Under the pieces are notes generated by a model. It ran no database searches, was not told where the DNA came from, and saw nothing but the letters and a program-made list of their open reading frames with translations. From contig FLMG01000761.1 of assembly GCA_900088475.1 (NCBI GenBank), forward strand, positions 64,903 through 128,902: a stretch of 64,000 nt of DNA. The letters run 5' to 3'. Made by a program: the position numbers and the translations under genes. The DNA comes from Hyphochytrium catenoides. Its lineage: Eukaryota > Protista > Hyphochytriomycota. The stretch's first letter is position 1. The number at the start of each line of letters is the position of its first letter. This document shows positions 51,301-62,672 of the stretch, in pieces.

Positions 51301-52134
51301 AAGAGGGCAGAGTCCGCAAAGCAAATGCTGTAACAGCTGTTAAAGGGCTTGAAAAGGCTTTTTCTCGCATTGAACGATGGCGGAGTTCTGATCTGGTACG
51401 ACTGCTTTAAGCTCCTGTAGCTCTGCCTTTAGCGTAGACTGTAAAGAGCAAATTTGGACGAAGGGTTACATTTCGCGTTTGATGGTCTTCTTGACCTTTT
51501 CACTACGAGCGCTCTGTCTGTCTGTCTGCCTGTGTTTTCCTATGTGTCTTTCTCTCTCTCTCTCTTTCTCTCCCTCTTTCTACTTTCTCTCTCTTTTTCT
51601 CTCTCCTTGCCGCTCGTTCTCTTTCTGTTTTCCCACTGCTTGATCTAACATCCTCCTCTCTTTCTCTCTCACTCTTTCTCTCTCTCCCTCTCGCTCTGTC
51701 TCTCTCTCTCTCAGCTCCCACGCTCTTGTTGAACTCTCCTTTCCTCTGCATACACTACTCTCTCTCACTGCTGGCTTTTCTCACTCTTCTTCCTCTCAGG
51801 GCACTCTTTCCTCATGTCTGTCATTCTCCATAGCAGTCTTGAATCCATCAGCTGCCTCAGTAGGACTCTAAGCCTCGCCCTTCACCACCCACGAAGCGAT
51901 CCGATAAGCTCTTGCTAGCCGGAGAGACCTTCTGAGGCAGACATTGAGGGCACAGACGGAGAGGCAAGAGAATCGTTACATCGCTAGAGAAGGGAAGTCA
52001 TCGGGCGCTGCATATCCTGACCGGGTTAGATAGACACTGACGGCGGTCAATGGCTCATCAGTAGCAGGTCCGAAGTGCTAAGCAACAGAAGAGGGCAACG
52101 CCTTCAGGAGGCTCAATAAATAGCGAATAAGAAG

Positions 52135-52521
52135 ATGAGTTCAGCCTTCACTCCTTTCGACTCCAGGTAGAGCGGTGGCTCCTAGCAGAGTCTCTTCTTT
52201 GTCCTCTTTCCTGGGCACTTCATCCTCAACTATTCTTTCCCCTCTTGTTTCCTTACATCTCCTCCTCTATATCTGCCCCTCGCTCACGCTCTGCGGCTGT
52301 GGCGTTTTTCTCTGTCATTGATATCTAGAACTTCCTCTTCTTTGATATCAAGCAGCCCCACGTGACTTAGCCCTATGTTCTCGCCTCTTTGGCTTAGAGA
52401 GTCTTTTGTCCGAGAATGGGAGAAGGTGAAACACGCCCAACACCAAGTAAGAATGGGATACAAGTCATAGACATAGAGATTGAACGATTGCGACAGAGGA
52501 CTGACGGAAGTGGGGCAGAAG

Positions 52522-52564
<43 letters not shown>

Positions 52565-53713
52565 GGAGCACAGAGAGAGAGAGCGAGAGAGAGAGAGAGA
52601 GAAGAGAAAGAAGAAGAAGAAGAGACAAGGGAGCTATCAGGAGGAGAAATGGGTCCGGAAACTTTGGGAGCTAACGGCTCTTGGCTTCTCTTCTCTGTGG
52701 AAGATTGAAGAGGAGAAGCTTGCTCTGACGAAGGGGTGGCGAAAGATAGAATTGACACATAAAAAGCTTCAAGATGAGCGAGCACGGTTGGCCTCTACTG
52801 TCCAAATCTTCTCGGTCCATCTGATATTCTGCTCTTTCTTCATGATGCTCTCCTGCTCGTATGTTACCTGCCTTTGTCTCTCTCGTCCCTTTGACTTCGT
52901 CTCGTTCCAGGTCTCTCCTCCCTCATCAAGGGATTCTTGTCCTTTGCTGCTAACTTTCTCTTTCTCTGTAGCTTTTGCTGCCAATCCACTCTCAATGTCT
53001 GCCTTTCTACAATGGACCTCGCTCGCGTTGTCCTCCCAGCATCTCTCACGACAGCCTTTGACATTCATCGCTATCTTTGTTTCAGCTTCGAAGACGAGGT
53101 TCAGAGAGAGTTGCACTTCCTTCCTCCTCATACAAAGGTTGAAATGAATGTGGGAGGACAGGTAGGCTCCTGGGACGCCTCCTCTCTTTTCTTGCTCTCT
53201 CAGTTCTCTATTCCTCTCTCCCTCTGCCTATGTGCCTCTATCACTCGCTCTCTCTCTCTGGACAGTGGACCTCACCTTTCCTCTTCACAGCTTCTACTTG
53301 CTGCAGTCTGCCTCCTTCCCTTCTGCTCGCCTTGTGCCTGAAGCTTAGAGCACGATTTGTCACAAGTCTCCCTTGGCACCCGAGAGGCTCCTTTTTAAAG
53401 CATCCTCTTCCTTCCTGTCGTCTTGCTGCCTATTCTCTCTCTTGAGGAACGGGATTCTTACTGAACTTGTTAGGTGTTTGTATCAACGGTCGACATTCTT
53501 TCTCGGGATCGCTTCTCTCTACTGGCTCTGCTCTGCACGGAGAATTGTCCCATCGAACGAGACTCAAGCTCCGGGTGCTACTTCTTTGACCGCGATTGGT
53601 AAGCACTATAGATCACTAGAGAGAATAGAGGATAACACCTTGGAGAGAGGAGAAGACCTACCCAAGCGGGAGCGACCCAGCAGAGACTAGAAACGAAGAA
53701 AGAAAGAAAAAAA

Positions 53714-53750
<37 letters not shown>

Positions 53751-54615
53751 CAAGAGGTATAGAGATGAGGGGGCATGCAGTAGGCCAGAAGTGGGTCCCA
53801 GCACGACCAACAAATGGCGAGCACCGCAATCAAAAAGAGTCAAGGAACAAGCAATAGAAGACAGAAACTGAGGCCGAATGCCGGAGAAGAAGAGAGAGAT
53901 GATCGAGAGGAGACTAGTCAAAGGGGCAAGACTGCTAAGCCCCTCTCCTCTCTCGCTCCAGGTACATTTTCCGTTACATTATGCAGTTCTTACAGGACAA
54001 GTCTCTGCCAGATTCAATGGAGACACTTAGAGAGCTGTACGGATCCGAACTCGGCGTCGTCTCTTATAACCTCTTTCCCGCTACTCCCACGACCAACTGA
54101 CTTTGGCTTCCTCGATTTTTCTCTCTTGGGTCTACTCTGTGTTCTTGTTAAGAAGGCTACAGTGACTCTTTCTTATGCACTGTGTGTCTTTCTATCTCCT
54201 CTCCCTCTGTCTCTCTTTTTTATCTCTTCTTCGTACTCCGTTTAGCCTAAGATATCGTCCACCAGGTACTTTGAAGCAAGCTTCTTTCGGATCGGGTTGC
54301 TGCGTCACGCCATAGAGAGACGGTAAGTGCGCCAGTACATTGAGGCCTCCATGTTACCGGTAGGAAAGAAAGAGAGAAGAGAGAGCTGAAGGGGCCGTCT
54401 TTCTCACGATGACGAGTGAAGTCTAGCCTTCTCACTCTATCCCTCGTCTTTATGTCAGTCTCTTGGACTTAGGCCAGGGAGAGCTTACGGACTTCAGTTA
54501 CTTCGATGACTTCACAAAGCGAGATGCTGCCTCTGTCAGGCCCGAGAAAGCGGTAGGAGGAAGTGGGAAGGGCAGCTCCGCTAAGGGAAAAGGCGAAGAG
54601 AGACTCAGTTGCTAA
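52135..54615 (+). CDS. Coiled-coil plus KCTD/T1-type BTB/POZ domain protein, about 8 exons
   Basis: Spliced exons give ...VEMNVGGQ|VFVSTVDILSRDRFSLLA...YFFDRDW|YIFRYIMQFL...ELYFEASFFRIGLLRHAIE, a typical KCTD-type BTB signature. The first and last exons are less certain. Confidence 0.8.
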
Positions 54616-55603
54616 TGATAATTTATTTATTATCTCGAGAATTTGTTGGTTCCCTCATCAGCTCAGTGGATAGAAAACGTACCTAGCTGCTCCCGTCTCC
54701 GCCCATCTTCTGCTCGGTTCCTTAGTCCCTAGCTCCTGCAGAAAATGTCTTGTTGCAGGCCGTCGACATTGCTGGCTATCCTGTCTCGCCGTGATCTGCG
54801 TTAAACCCATACATCAGGAGCCAAGTGACACCTGGCGTGTCATCGCAGTGTGCCCTTTCCTTCTCGCTGTCTCTCATGAGCAGCGCCTGGCTGAGGTTCA
54901 TGCAGCTGACGCTGTCGTTTCGTCCGCTTATTGACCTTTGTCCCATCCTCTGCAGCACTAACAGTGGAGAGAAGCTTTCTTAGTAGAAATAATGCAGTGT
55001 CTTCCTGCTCCTCCTCTTCCCTCAGGAGTGACAGAGCCTAAGCGGTGGCCGAAAAGTCTTGCCCAGTCGATCAACCGCTTCAAATAGCCGCTAACCGAAT
55101 ACTATTCAAGGCGTTTTGACCGTTAGCAGGCGTTTGTCAATACGTTAACGGCTATGGAGGTGGATACGGCCCGGAAGATGGGATGAGAATCTTTTTCTCT
55201 CTCGATTGTTGAGGTTGGCCGAGCTCTTTCTTCTCTCCTCTCTCTTTCACGTCTTCTTCCTCTTATCAGTTCTCTCTTTCTTCTCTCTCCTGGATGAGTG
55301 TTTGACACTCCTCCTTCTCTTCCCTTGCTCATGCGCTTCGTCTCCCTCTTGCTCTTGCTCTCTTTCTCTCCGCTTGATGTTGCTCTCTCCTCCTCTCCTG
55401 TCAGATTGTCAGGAGCTTGTTTCCTAAACCTTCCACCTCGGCAAACCTAGCATCCGCGTTCTTGTCCCGTGACAACACGACCAGGAAAACAGGCGCTTCT
55501 CTCGCAGTGAGGCCTTCCTAACTCATTCCTCTCTTTCTGTGTGCACGTTACTCTGAAGTTAGTAGCAGCTTTTCTCTCATTCGCTTGCTATCTGGACACC
55601 GTC

Positions 55604-58600
55604 ATGGCCTCTTCCGTCCGCTTCGAGCTGCTGCGAAAGGAGGATCTTCCCGCTTGTCTAGCGCTAGAGCGCGCCGCCTTTCCAGCGGATGAGGCAGCGA
55701 GTGAAGGAGCCCTGCAGATGAGACTAGAGGAAGCACCAGCGTTCTTCCTGGGCTGCTACACCGAGAAGAAGAAGCTGATCGGGTATATCTGCGGCACATT
55801 GACGGCCGAGACGACGCTAAGCCATAGCACGATGTACACGCACAACCCGCTGGGGTCCACGCTCTGTGTACACTCCGTCGTGGTCGAGAAGGAGAGCCAG
55901 CGGCAAGGCATCGCGACTGCCATGATGAGACATTATGTTAAGAAGATGGTCACTGACCATGTAAGGCAAGGGCTGACCATCTGACAGCTATCTCTATGAG
56001 AACCGTCTCTCTCCTTGCTATTCTCTGACGTGCAATAGTCTGTTTGCTCTCTGCTCTGCTCTCTCTTGCTCTCCAGCTTCTACCACTTTTCTACCCCATT
56101 CTGTCGCCTTTAGACCAGCACTGTCCTATCGTTCTTCTTATATGAAGTCCTCTATTTCTCTCGGCCAGTCTCCAGCTCTCTCTGTCCTTTCTCATTCTCC
56201 ATCTCTCTCTCACTGTCCTCTCTCTCTTCCATCAGATGCTATCTCGATGGGTACGTTCTCTCTCTTCTTCATATTATGATCGCTGCCTCTTCTGACTCTC
56301 TTTCCTCTCAAACCAATCCTCTTCCTCTTTCTCATAAAAAAGCTTGAGATCCGGCGCATAGTTCTCGTGTCAAAAGCCCACCTCATCCCTTTCTATGTTA
56401 ATTGTGGCTTTCAGCTGGATGGAGAATCCTCTCTGGTGCATGGTATAACGGGCTCTACTGCTCTTTCTGTCTTTCCTCTTATCTAGCCGTCTTTTTTGGC
56501 CCTCTCACTCTCTTTCGGAGGGATGCTCTATCTTTCTAGCACTCTTCCTCGCTCTGTTCCCTAATCTCTGCCTCACTGGCCTGTAGTCAATCTCTCGTCC
56601 CCTTTGTTCTGACCCACATCTCTCTAGCGTTTACCTCTGTTGGTTCTTGCTCTGTCTCTTTCTGATTCTGTTTCCTTGTCGCTATATGTTGGACAGGGAA
56701 GGACCCCTGGTATGAGCTCTGGTACGACTGCTTTGTGAACCGCTTCGTGAAGATCTATCAAGTGAGCAAGCACAAGCGTTCTTTCTCTCTCTCTCTCTCT
56801 CTTTTTCTCTCTCTCCACCCCTCTCGCTCTCCTCATCGCTCGTACGTTCTGCTGTTCTTCTCCTTCTCTTCCTTTCCTTTCTAGTAGCTTTTGATTACAT
56901 TGAAACTTGAATCTCACTCTTGCTGGTTCCTGTGGTGACTCTTTTGCGCGCACTCTTGTAACTGGATTGCTAGTTATGTCGTCCTTCCTTTCCTATCATC
57001 CAAAGAGACGAAACACGTCTGCATGCCATCTTCCATTTCTGCTGGAAGCTGAAGCTTCCCTCTCTCATCTCTTGACTTCTATAGGTGGACTCCTTCACGG
57101 ACCAGATTTTCAAAGGCAATCCCGCGGCTGTGGTTGTCTGTTTAAAGCCTGGGGACCTCCTGATTGCTGACGAAGAGGACGAGGGAATGATGCAACGCAT
57201 TGCTTTGGAGATGAACCTCAGCGAGACGGCGTACGTGAAGAGGAAGAAAGAAGGAGTGGACAACATCTTCTACTTGAGATGGTTCACCCCAGGTGATGGA
57301 CGCATCACGTAATGTCTCTCCCTGCCCCCTTTTCTTCTCTCTGTCATCTCTTGTTCTTTCTCTTGTTCTTCTTCTTCTCGTCCTTTCTCTCCTTCTTCGC
57401 TTTCTACACAGGTTGTACACTTCTGCCGCCGCGTTTTCAAGTAAACTCAAACTCTGCCGAACGTCTTCCCTCGCTTTCTCATTGACCGCAGCTGCCGAAG
57501 TGGCGCTGTGTGGCCACGCGACTTTAGCTGCCGCTCATGTGTTATATAACGAGGGCTTCGTGGACAAGGATAAGACGATCGAGTTCCACACAAAGTAAGG
57601 TGCTTCTCAGCAATCTCACCCCTTTCCAAGCCATCATGACAGCTATCATGGCCTGCCTTACTGTCGTCTTCGTCCCCTTAAGCCTTCCCACTGTACCGTT
57701 TTCCACGGGTCTTCCTCTCTTCTGTCGCCGTCTCTCTGTACGTCTTGTGCTCTCTCTCCGCTTTTTGCTCTCACTACTTCTACTCTGCAAAGGCTCATAG
57801 CGGAGCTGTTCCTTTCTAACTCCACGTTTATTCGTTGGCCAGGAGGAGCGGTGTCCTCAAAGCCTGGCTCACCACCTCCTACTCGGACACTCCTTGGATC
57901 TGCCTTGATTTCCCAGGCGCCACTCCCAAAAAATTGACGGGAGAGGTTGCTTCCTCTCTCCAGATAGAGAAAGCACTGAACATAGAAGCGAAGGACGTTC
58001 TCTTCCTTGGGGAAGACAGAACCAGCGCCTTCGTGGAGATAACAGATGAGGCATTTAAGCGGTTACGGCCCGATAGCAGCCTGATCAGGGCCATGCCTTT
58101 CCGGTAAGTTGGTCTAGAAGTACCTCTTTTACCTTTGAGGACCATTGTATGCCTCAATCGTAGGCATCTACCACGCTCAGCTAACGGAGAACTGCCACCT
58201 TCTACGTTAAGACTGTGTCTAGGACTACAATTTCATCTTCTCTCGCCGTTGTTTGCTTCAACAGCTGTTGTTCTCTTTGTACTCCGTCGCTCTAACGTAG
58301 CTTGGATTACTTTGCGCAGTTCTCTCTTTCCTCCTATAGTGCCGAACCTGCTATCATTATTTTGCCTTCCTTTTCGCCTTCTAATTACTTTGTCTCACTT
58401 TTTTTTCTATTTCTGTCTTAATGTCGGGGGATCGTCAGGGGCCTTACCGTGACATGTGAGGGCAAATATCTTGAGAAATATGACTTTGCTAGTCGCTACT
58501 TTGCACCTCAAGTTGGAGTGGAGGAGGATCCTGTCACTGGCAGTGCCCATTGCGCTCTCTGCCACTACTGGGCAGCAAAGAGAGAGAAGACCCAGCTGCT

Positions 58601-58736
58601 AGGACTTCAATCCTCTTCGAGGTCAGGAGAGGTGCTAGTCAACCTCCAGAAAGACGGCAGAGTCTTTATCTCAGGGCCTACCGTAAAGGCGTTGGAAGCG
58701 ACAATGCCCATCACGCCCAAGTTCTACGTGAGCTAG
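55604..58736 (+). CDS. Fusion of an AANAT/PAA1-like GNAT acetyltransferase and a PhzF/PBLD-family isomerase, 7 exons
   Basis: GNAT part: LERAAFPADEAAS, LCVHSVVV...QRQGIA, LIPFYVNCGF, VHG|KDPWYE. It splices in frame via KIYQ|VDSFTD into the PhzF part: FKGNPAAV, EMNLSETAY, LRWFTP|AAEVALCGHATLA and SRYFAPQVGVEEDPVTGSAHC. Confidence 0.88.
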
Positions 58737-59864
58737 GAGAGAGACAGCACACAGCGGGCATCCAATATGGAAAGAAAGAGAGACTAGAAGAGAAAGAGAG
58801 AGAGATAATCGATAAGAGGAGTAGGGAAGAAATGGAAAGAGAAGGAAAGGGGAAACGAGCTAAGACAAGAAGGAGGAAAGAGAGAGAGAGAAGAAGGGAG
58901 AAACGGCTGCACTCGGGAAGGCAACAAAGGGAGATTCGAAAAATCTAGCGGAGTACATGTGGTTCGCGCTTTTATATAAATAGGTTCACACTTTTTGCAA
59001 TAGATAACACTCTTTTTGCCCCATAAGTAACTGCTATAGAGCTGATGGCTTTCCTTTCCCTGTCGGGCCTTAAATGAAAGCCATGGGAAAGAGAGTGAGC
59101 TAATAGAAGATACTGGGGTAGGAGAGATGCCGAACTAGGGTGACGGTGTGCTTCCGTTTGTGCAGAGAGTGGACGCTCACAGGTGCGTGAATGAGATGAC
59201 GACTGACAGATGGTAGGGACACAAGCCCCAGGCCAACCCTAGCACCTGATGATGCAGATCCGCGAGGGAGACACTGAGAAAGAGCTAGATACCGCCATCA
59301 CTCACCTCTTTGAGCGGGGACTAGTTCCTCTTCCGTCTTCTCGTTCTCTTTGGGGCGAGCTTGCTTGCGTGCAGCCTAACTCCACACCTCTTTGGATAGA
59401 GAGGTGTTTCTAGATCTAGCACTACCGGACGGACAATGCCCGTGAATAGCCAGAGATGAAATTAGAAAGCTGCCGAACATCCTCTAGCGAGACCTCCCAC
59501 CGACGTCTTTTAGTACGTTTGAACGTGTTTAGAAAGAAAGAAGCTGGTTCTACTAGCTGCTACTTCGAAGTCCACCTCCTTTCGGCAGCAGAAGACGGGA
59601 CTATCAAATGTCAACGCCGATAGACGATAGTAAACAACAGACAAAAGAAAGATAAGGAAAGGTGGCCTTCCCGTCAGAGTGCTTTGCTGGTGGTGGTGCA
59701 ACACGTAAAGTTCCTCTGTTGAGCAATTGCTAATAACCTACTCCCAGCAAGTTTATTAACAGAGAGGATGAAGTACGTACTCCGGAGTAGGTTCCTTATG
59801 ACAAGGTTGACGCCTCGGCTGAAGTTAGGGTTATTTAGTCAACAATGAACTTTGGGTCTATGAC

Positions 59865-60179
59865 TCACGGCTTCACTTTCTCTTCGGTCTTGAGGAGAAT
59901 GCCTTTCAGTCTGGGAGTCTCTTCTACTGCTCGGGGCAAAGGTTGAGACTGCTAACCCTTCTTCCTCTTACACTGGTGCAGAAGTGCTTTGTGTTTACAG
60001 TTTCTGTATCCCATGAGACGTGAGACAGAGTCAAGAAGAAGCCAGCAGCAGGGTGAATTATTAGCCTTCAGCAGTACTCGTAGTAGAACTAGCCTTACCT
60101 TTCTCTTTCTCTTCATCGTCTTCTTCTTCCTTTCCATGTCCCTCTTCTCTTCATTTTCTTCCGTTATCTCATTTCTCAT
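59865..60179 (-). pseudogene. Possible small spliced minus-strand ORF interrupted by TAG
   Basis: MRNEITEENEEKRDMERKKKTMKRKRK ends at a strong donor (AAG|GTAAGG, 60099/60098). The acceptor CCAG| at 59973 continues CKRKKG*QSQPLPRAVEETPRLKGILLKTEEKVKP*. An upstream minus-strand CT tract lies at 60300-60430. Confidence 0.25.
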
Positions 60180-60366
60180 CTCCGTTTCTGGTGTATCTTC
60201 TTTGCAGATGCCCCACCAAGCAGCCGCTTCTTGTACCAATCGGAGAGCTAAGGAAGAGATGGAAAGGAAAGAGAAGACTAAGAAGAGAGAGACAAAAAGA
60301 AGAGAGAAAGAGAGACAGAGAGCGGAGGGAAGAAAGAGCGCTTCAGAGAACAAGAAGAGAGAGAGG

Positions 60367-60430
<64 letters not shown>

Positions 60431-60584
60431 CTAGCTTGGCGCTATGAGTGCTTGCCTGTTGAGAAAGCCAGCTTCTCAGATGTCCATGGGTCCTGGTGAC
60501 GCTCTCTGCTTTTTTAGCCCCGTCAATCCCTCTCACAGCAGCATCTCGACTATCAGTGGGTGCAGGTGCGGTACGTCCGTGGGA

Positions 60585-60680
60585 TAAAACAGTAGTCAGG
60601 TAAAGAGCGCTCAGGGTTATAAAACAGTAGAGGTAGAGCGCTCAGGGCAGTGTAAAACAGTAGAGATTACGTGCGCACTG
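60585..60680. repeat. Imperfect minisatellite, 3 copies of about 33-35 bp
   Basis: TAAAACAGTAG occurs at 60585, 60620 and 60653. The first two are followed by GAGCGCTCAGGG and the third by a variant GTGCGCACTG. Confidence 0.8.
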
Positions 60681-61096
60681 ACTACGAAGTTAGGTACTGT
60701 ACTGCATCGTTTTCAGTCGCAAAACGAACAATACTCAATACTAACAGAGCGGTTTATCTGTTTAGTGCGCACGTCCTAGACAAGTTATCAATTACTCCGT
60801 ACATGATGTTGAAGTAGCCATTTGCGTACGCACCTTCAACCCGAGAATAGGAACTCCCAAATCTAGCAACAATTACCAAAATTAGGTCGATGCTACGCAT
60901 TAGTGTTTTTACATCTCCTCCGTCTTTATGTTTGTTAAAGAGAGTATTTCCGGGGAAGCAATAATAGACAGAAATTTTAGAGATCCTAGGAGAGGAGGAA
61001 AGTCCAGACCGCACTTTTACTGCACCACCAATGTCTACCAGTAGTAGCTAATAAGGCGCTACCATAGAAAGCGAGGCAGACAAACTCTCTAACTAG

Positions 61097-61147
<51 letters not shown>

Positions 61148-61799
61148 TCCCTCCCTTACTCCCTTGTTCCCTCTCTCTCTTTTTCTCTCTCTCACACACA
61201 CTCTCTTTCCCTCCTCAACCCGCCCTTACTTTCTTCTCTCCACGTCCGACTTAAAGTGCCCTTTGCTGCATAGTTAGTTTGCATGTCTGCCTCGCTACCT
61301 AGAACTGCCTCTCCGGCTCCCTTTCGCATGTTTTTTTGTCTTCTGCATCTTCTCGCTCTGGCACTCAGGGCTTTCTCCATAGAAGGATCAGGAAAGGTGG
61401 AGGCGGACGTACTCTGCAATAAAGACGCCACTTTCTAGAGGCTCTGCCACTTGCTAGCGTGGATCTTGCTCTTGATTTCTGTCCACTACTACTGGTGTCC
61501 GAGTCTGCCTGCATGAGGAAAGAGATGACTCATTATGAAGTTCTCGGAAGGAAAGCGGTGAGAAAAGATGGAAACAGGTGCCAGAGAAGAGAAAGGAAAG
61601 CGGAGAGCTGCGCTTTTGCAGTACCTCGGACAGAGCGATGCGTTTGCTTCCTTCATTCTCAAACTTTCCCGTTCAAGCAAAACAGAACCTCGGACTGCCA
61701 GGAGACACCATCACAGTCTCTTGACAAATCCTGGTACCAGCACCTACTAGCAGCTTCTCTGCCTCTCCACTCTCTCGAAGCTTTTCCATCCTAACCAAG

Positions 61800-62672
61800 A
61801 TGAGAGTCGCTACGCTTCTCCTTACGGTCTCCGCTGCTCTTCTGGCCAGCGCCACCGCCGAGGTCCCTCAAAACTTGGACTTGTCTAAGCATGATTGGGA
61901 CTCGGAGGCTGTTGCCGAAGAACTCTCCTTCAGTGACCGCACTCTCTATGAGGTCGCTGACTATGACTCCGCTATGGAAGAGGCCCTTGAAGACAGTCTG
62001 CTGCAGGAAGAGATCGAAAAAAGCTCAAGGAGATGGCTGGAAGAGCTCTCTGATCTAAACGAAGATATCTTATCTGGAGACGATGACGATAGCGATGCTG
62101 ATAATTACCCGGACCTCCTTCCAGAGGCACAGGTCGTTCAAATGCGCTCTGTTCCTTCCGATAGCGGAGCACAGCAGCCCAATGATGCCAACTCGCTTCC
62201 TCAGGAAGCAGCCGATGCCGCACCTCAGGAGGAAGGAGCGGAATACGAGTTTTCAGTGGACAAGCTCTTTGATGAGGAGGAAGATGGGCCAGTTCCGTCA
62301 AGCTCGGGTCCTGCACAGACCACAGCCTTACCATTCTTAACTGAGTCTGAGGTTGCATCTCTCCCCACTGCCGGATCAAAGCCGACGACCGAGGAGAAAC
62401 CCGCGACTTCAGAAGAAGAGAAGACTTCGGAACAGTCAAAGGAAAGTAGCTTTTCTCTCCGAGGTGCAGACAACAACAAGGCTGCTGACGAGAAAGAGGA
62501 GGAAACAAGCGGATCCAGCCCCGTTCCTATGATTGTCGGTATCGCTTTAGGTGGTGTTGCTCTGCTTGCTTTGATTGTGGGCTTTATCATCTGGAGGCGG
62601 AGGCGTGCCGCTCAGAGCACCGTGGATTTCTCTACCCCTGCGGGCCGGGACTCAGCCTTTTATCATCCATAA
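61800..62672 (+). CDS. Intronless type I membrane protein: signal peptide, acidic/Ser-Thr-rich ectodomain, single TM, short tail
   Basis: 290-aa ORF with signal peptide MRVATLLLTVSAALLASATA, TM segment MIVGIALGGVALLALIVGFIIW followed by RRRR, and a caagATG start context. Confidence 0.85.
   Translation: MRVATLLLTVSAALLASATAEVPQNLDLSKHDWDSEAVAEELSFSDRTLYEVADYDSAMEEALEDSLLQEEIEKSSRRWLEELSDLNEDILSGDDDDSDADNYPDLLPEAQVVQMRSVPSDSGAQQPNDANSLPQEAADAAPQEEGAEYEFSVDKLFDEEEDGPVPSSSGPAQTTALPFLTESEVASLPTAGSKPTTEEKPATSEEEKTSEQSKESSFSLRGADNNKAADEKEEETSGSSPVPMIVGIALGGVALLALIVGFIIWRRRRAAQSTVDFSTPAGRDSAFYHP

Noticed and set aside
52050-52167. Alternative genetic code (TAG/TAA = Gln) suggested by the frame MAHQ*QVRS...SE*EDEF
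   Set aside because: None of the conserved genes needs an in-frame TAG/TAA, and several end in TAG or TAA at the expected position. The BTB gene splices correctly from the ATG at 52135 in another frame.
54655-54725. tRNA-like A-box (CAGCTCAGTGGATAGA)
   Set aside because: There is no cloverleaf, B-box or acceptor stem.
60585-60680. CRISPR-like repeat array
   Set aside because: There are only three degenerate adjacent units without unique spacers, in a eukaryotic context with no cas genes.
62590-62672. WIRS motif in the membrane protein tail linking it to the nearby CYFIP
   Set aside because: The tail lacks the required hydrophobic-x-T/S-F pattern (FSTP and DSAF do not match).
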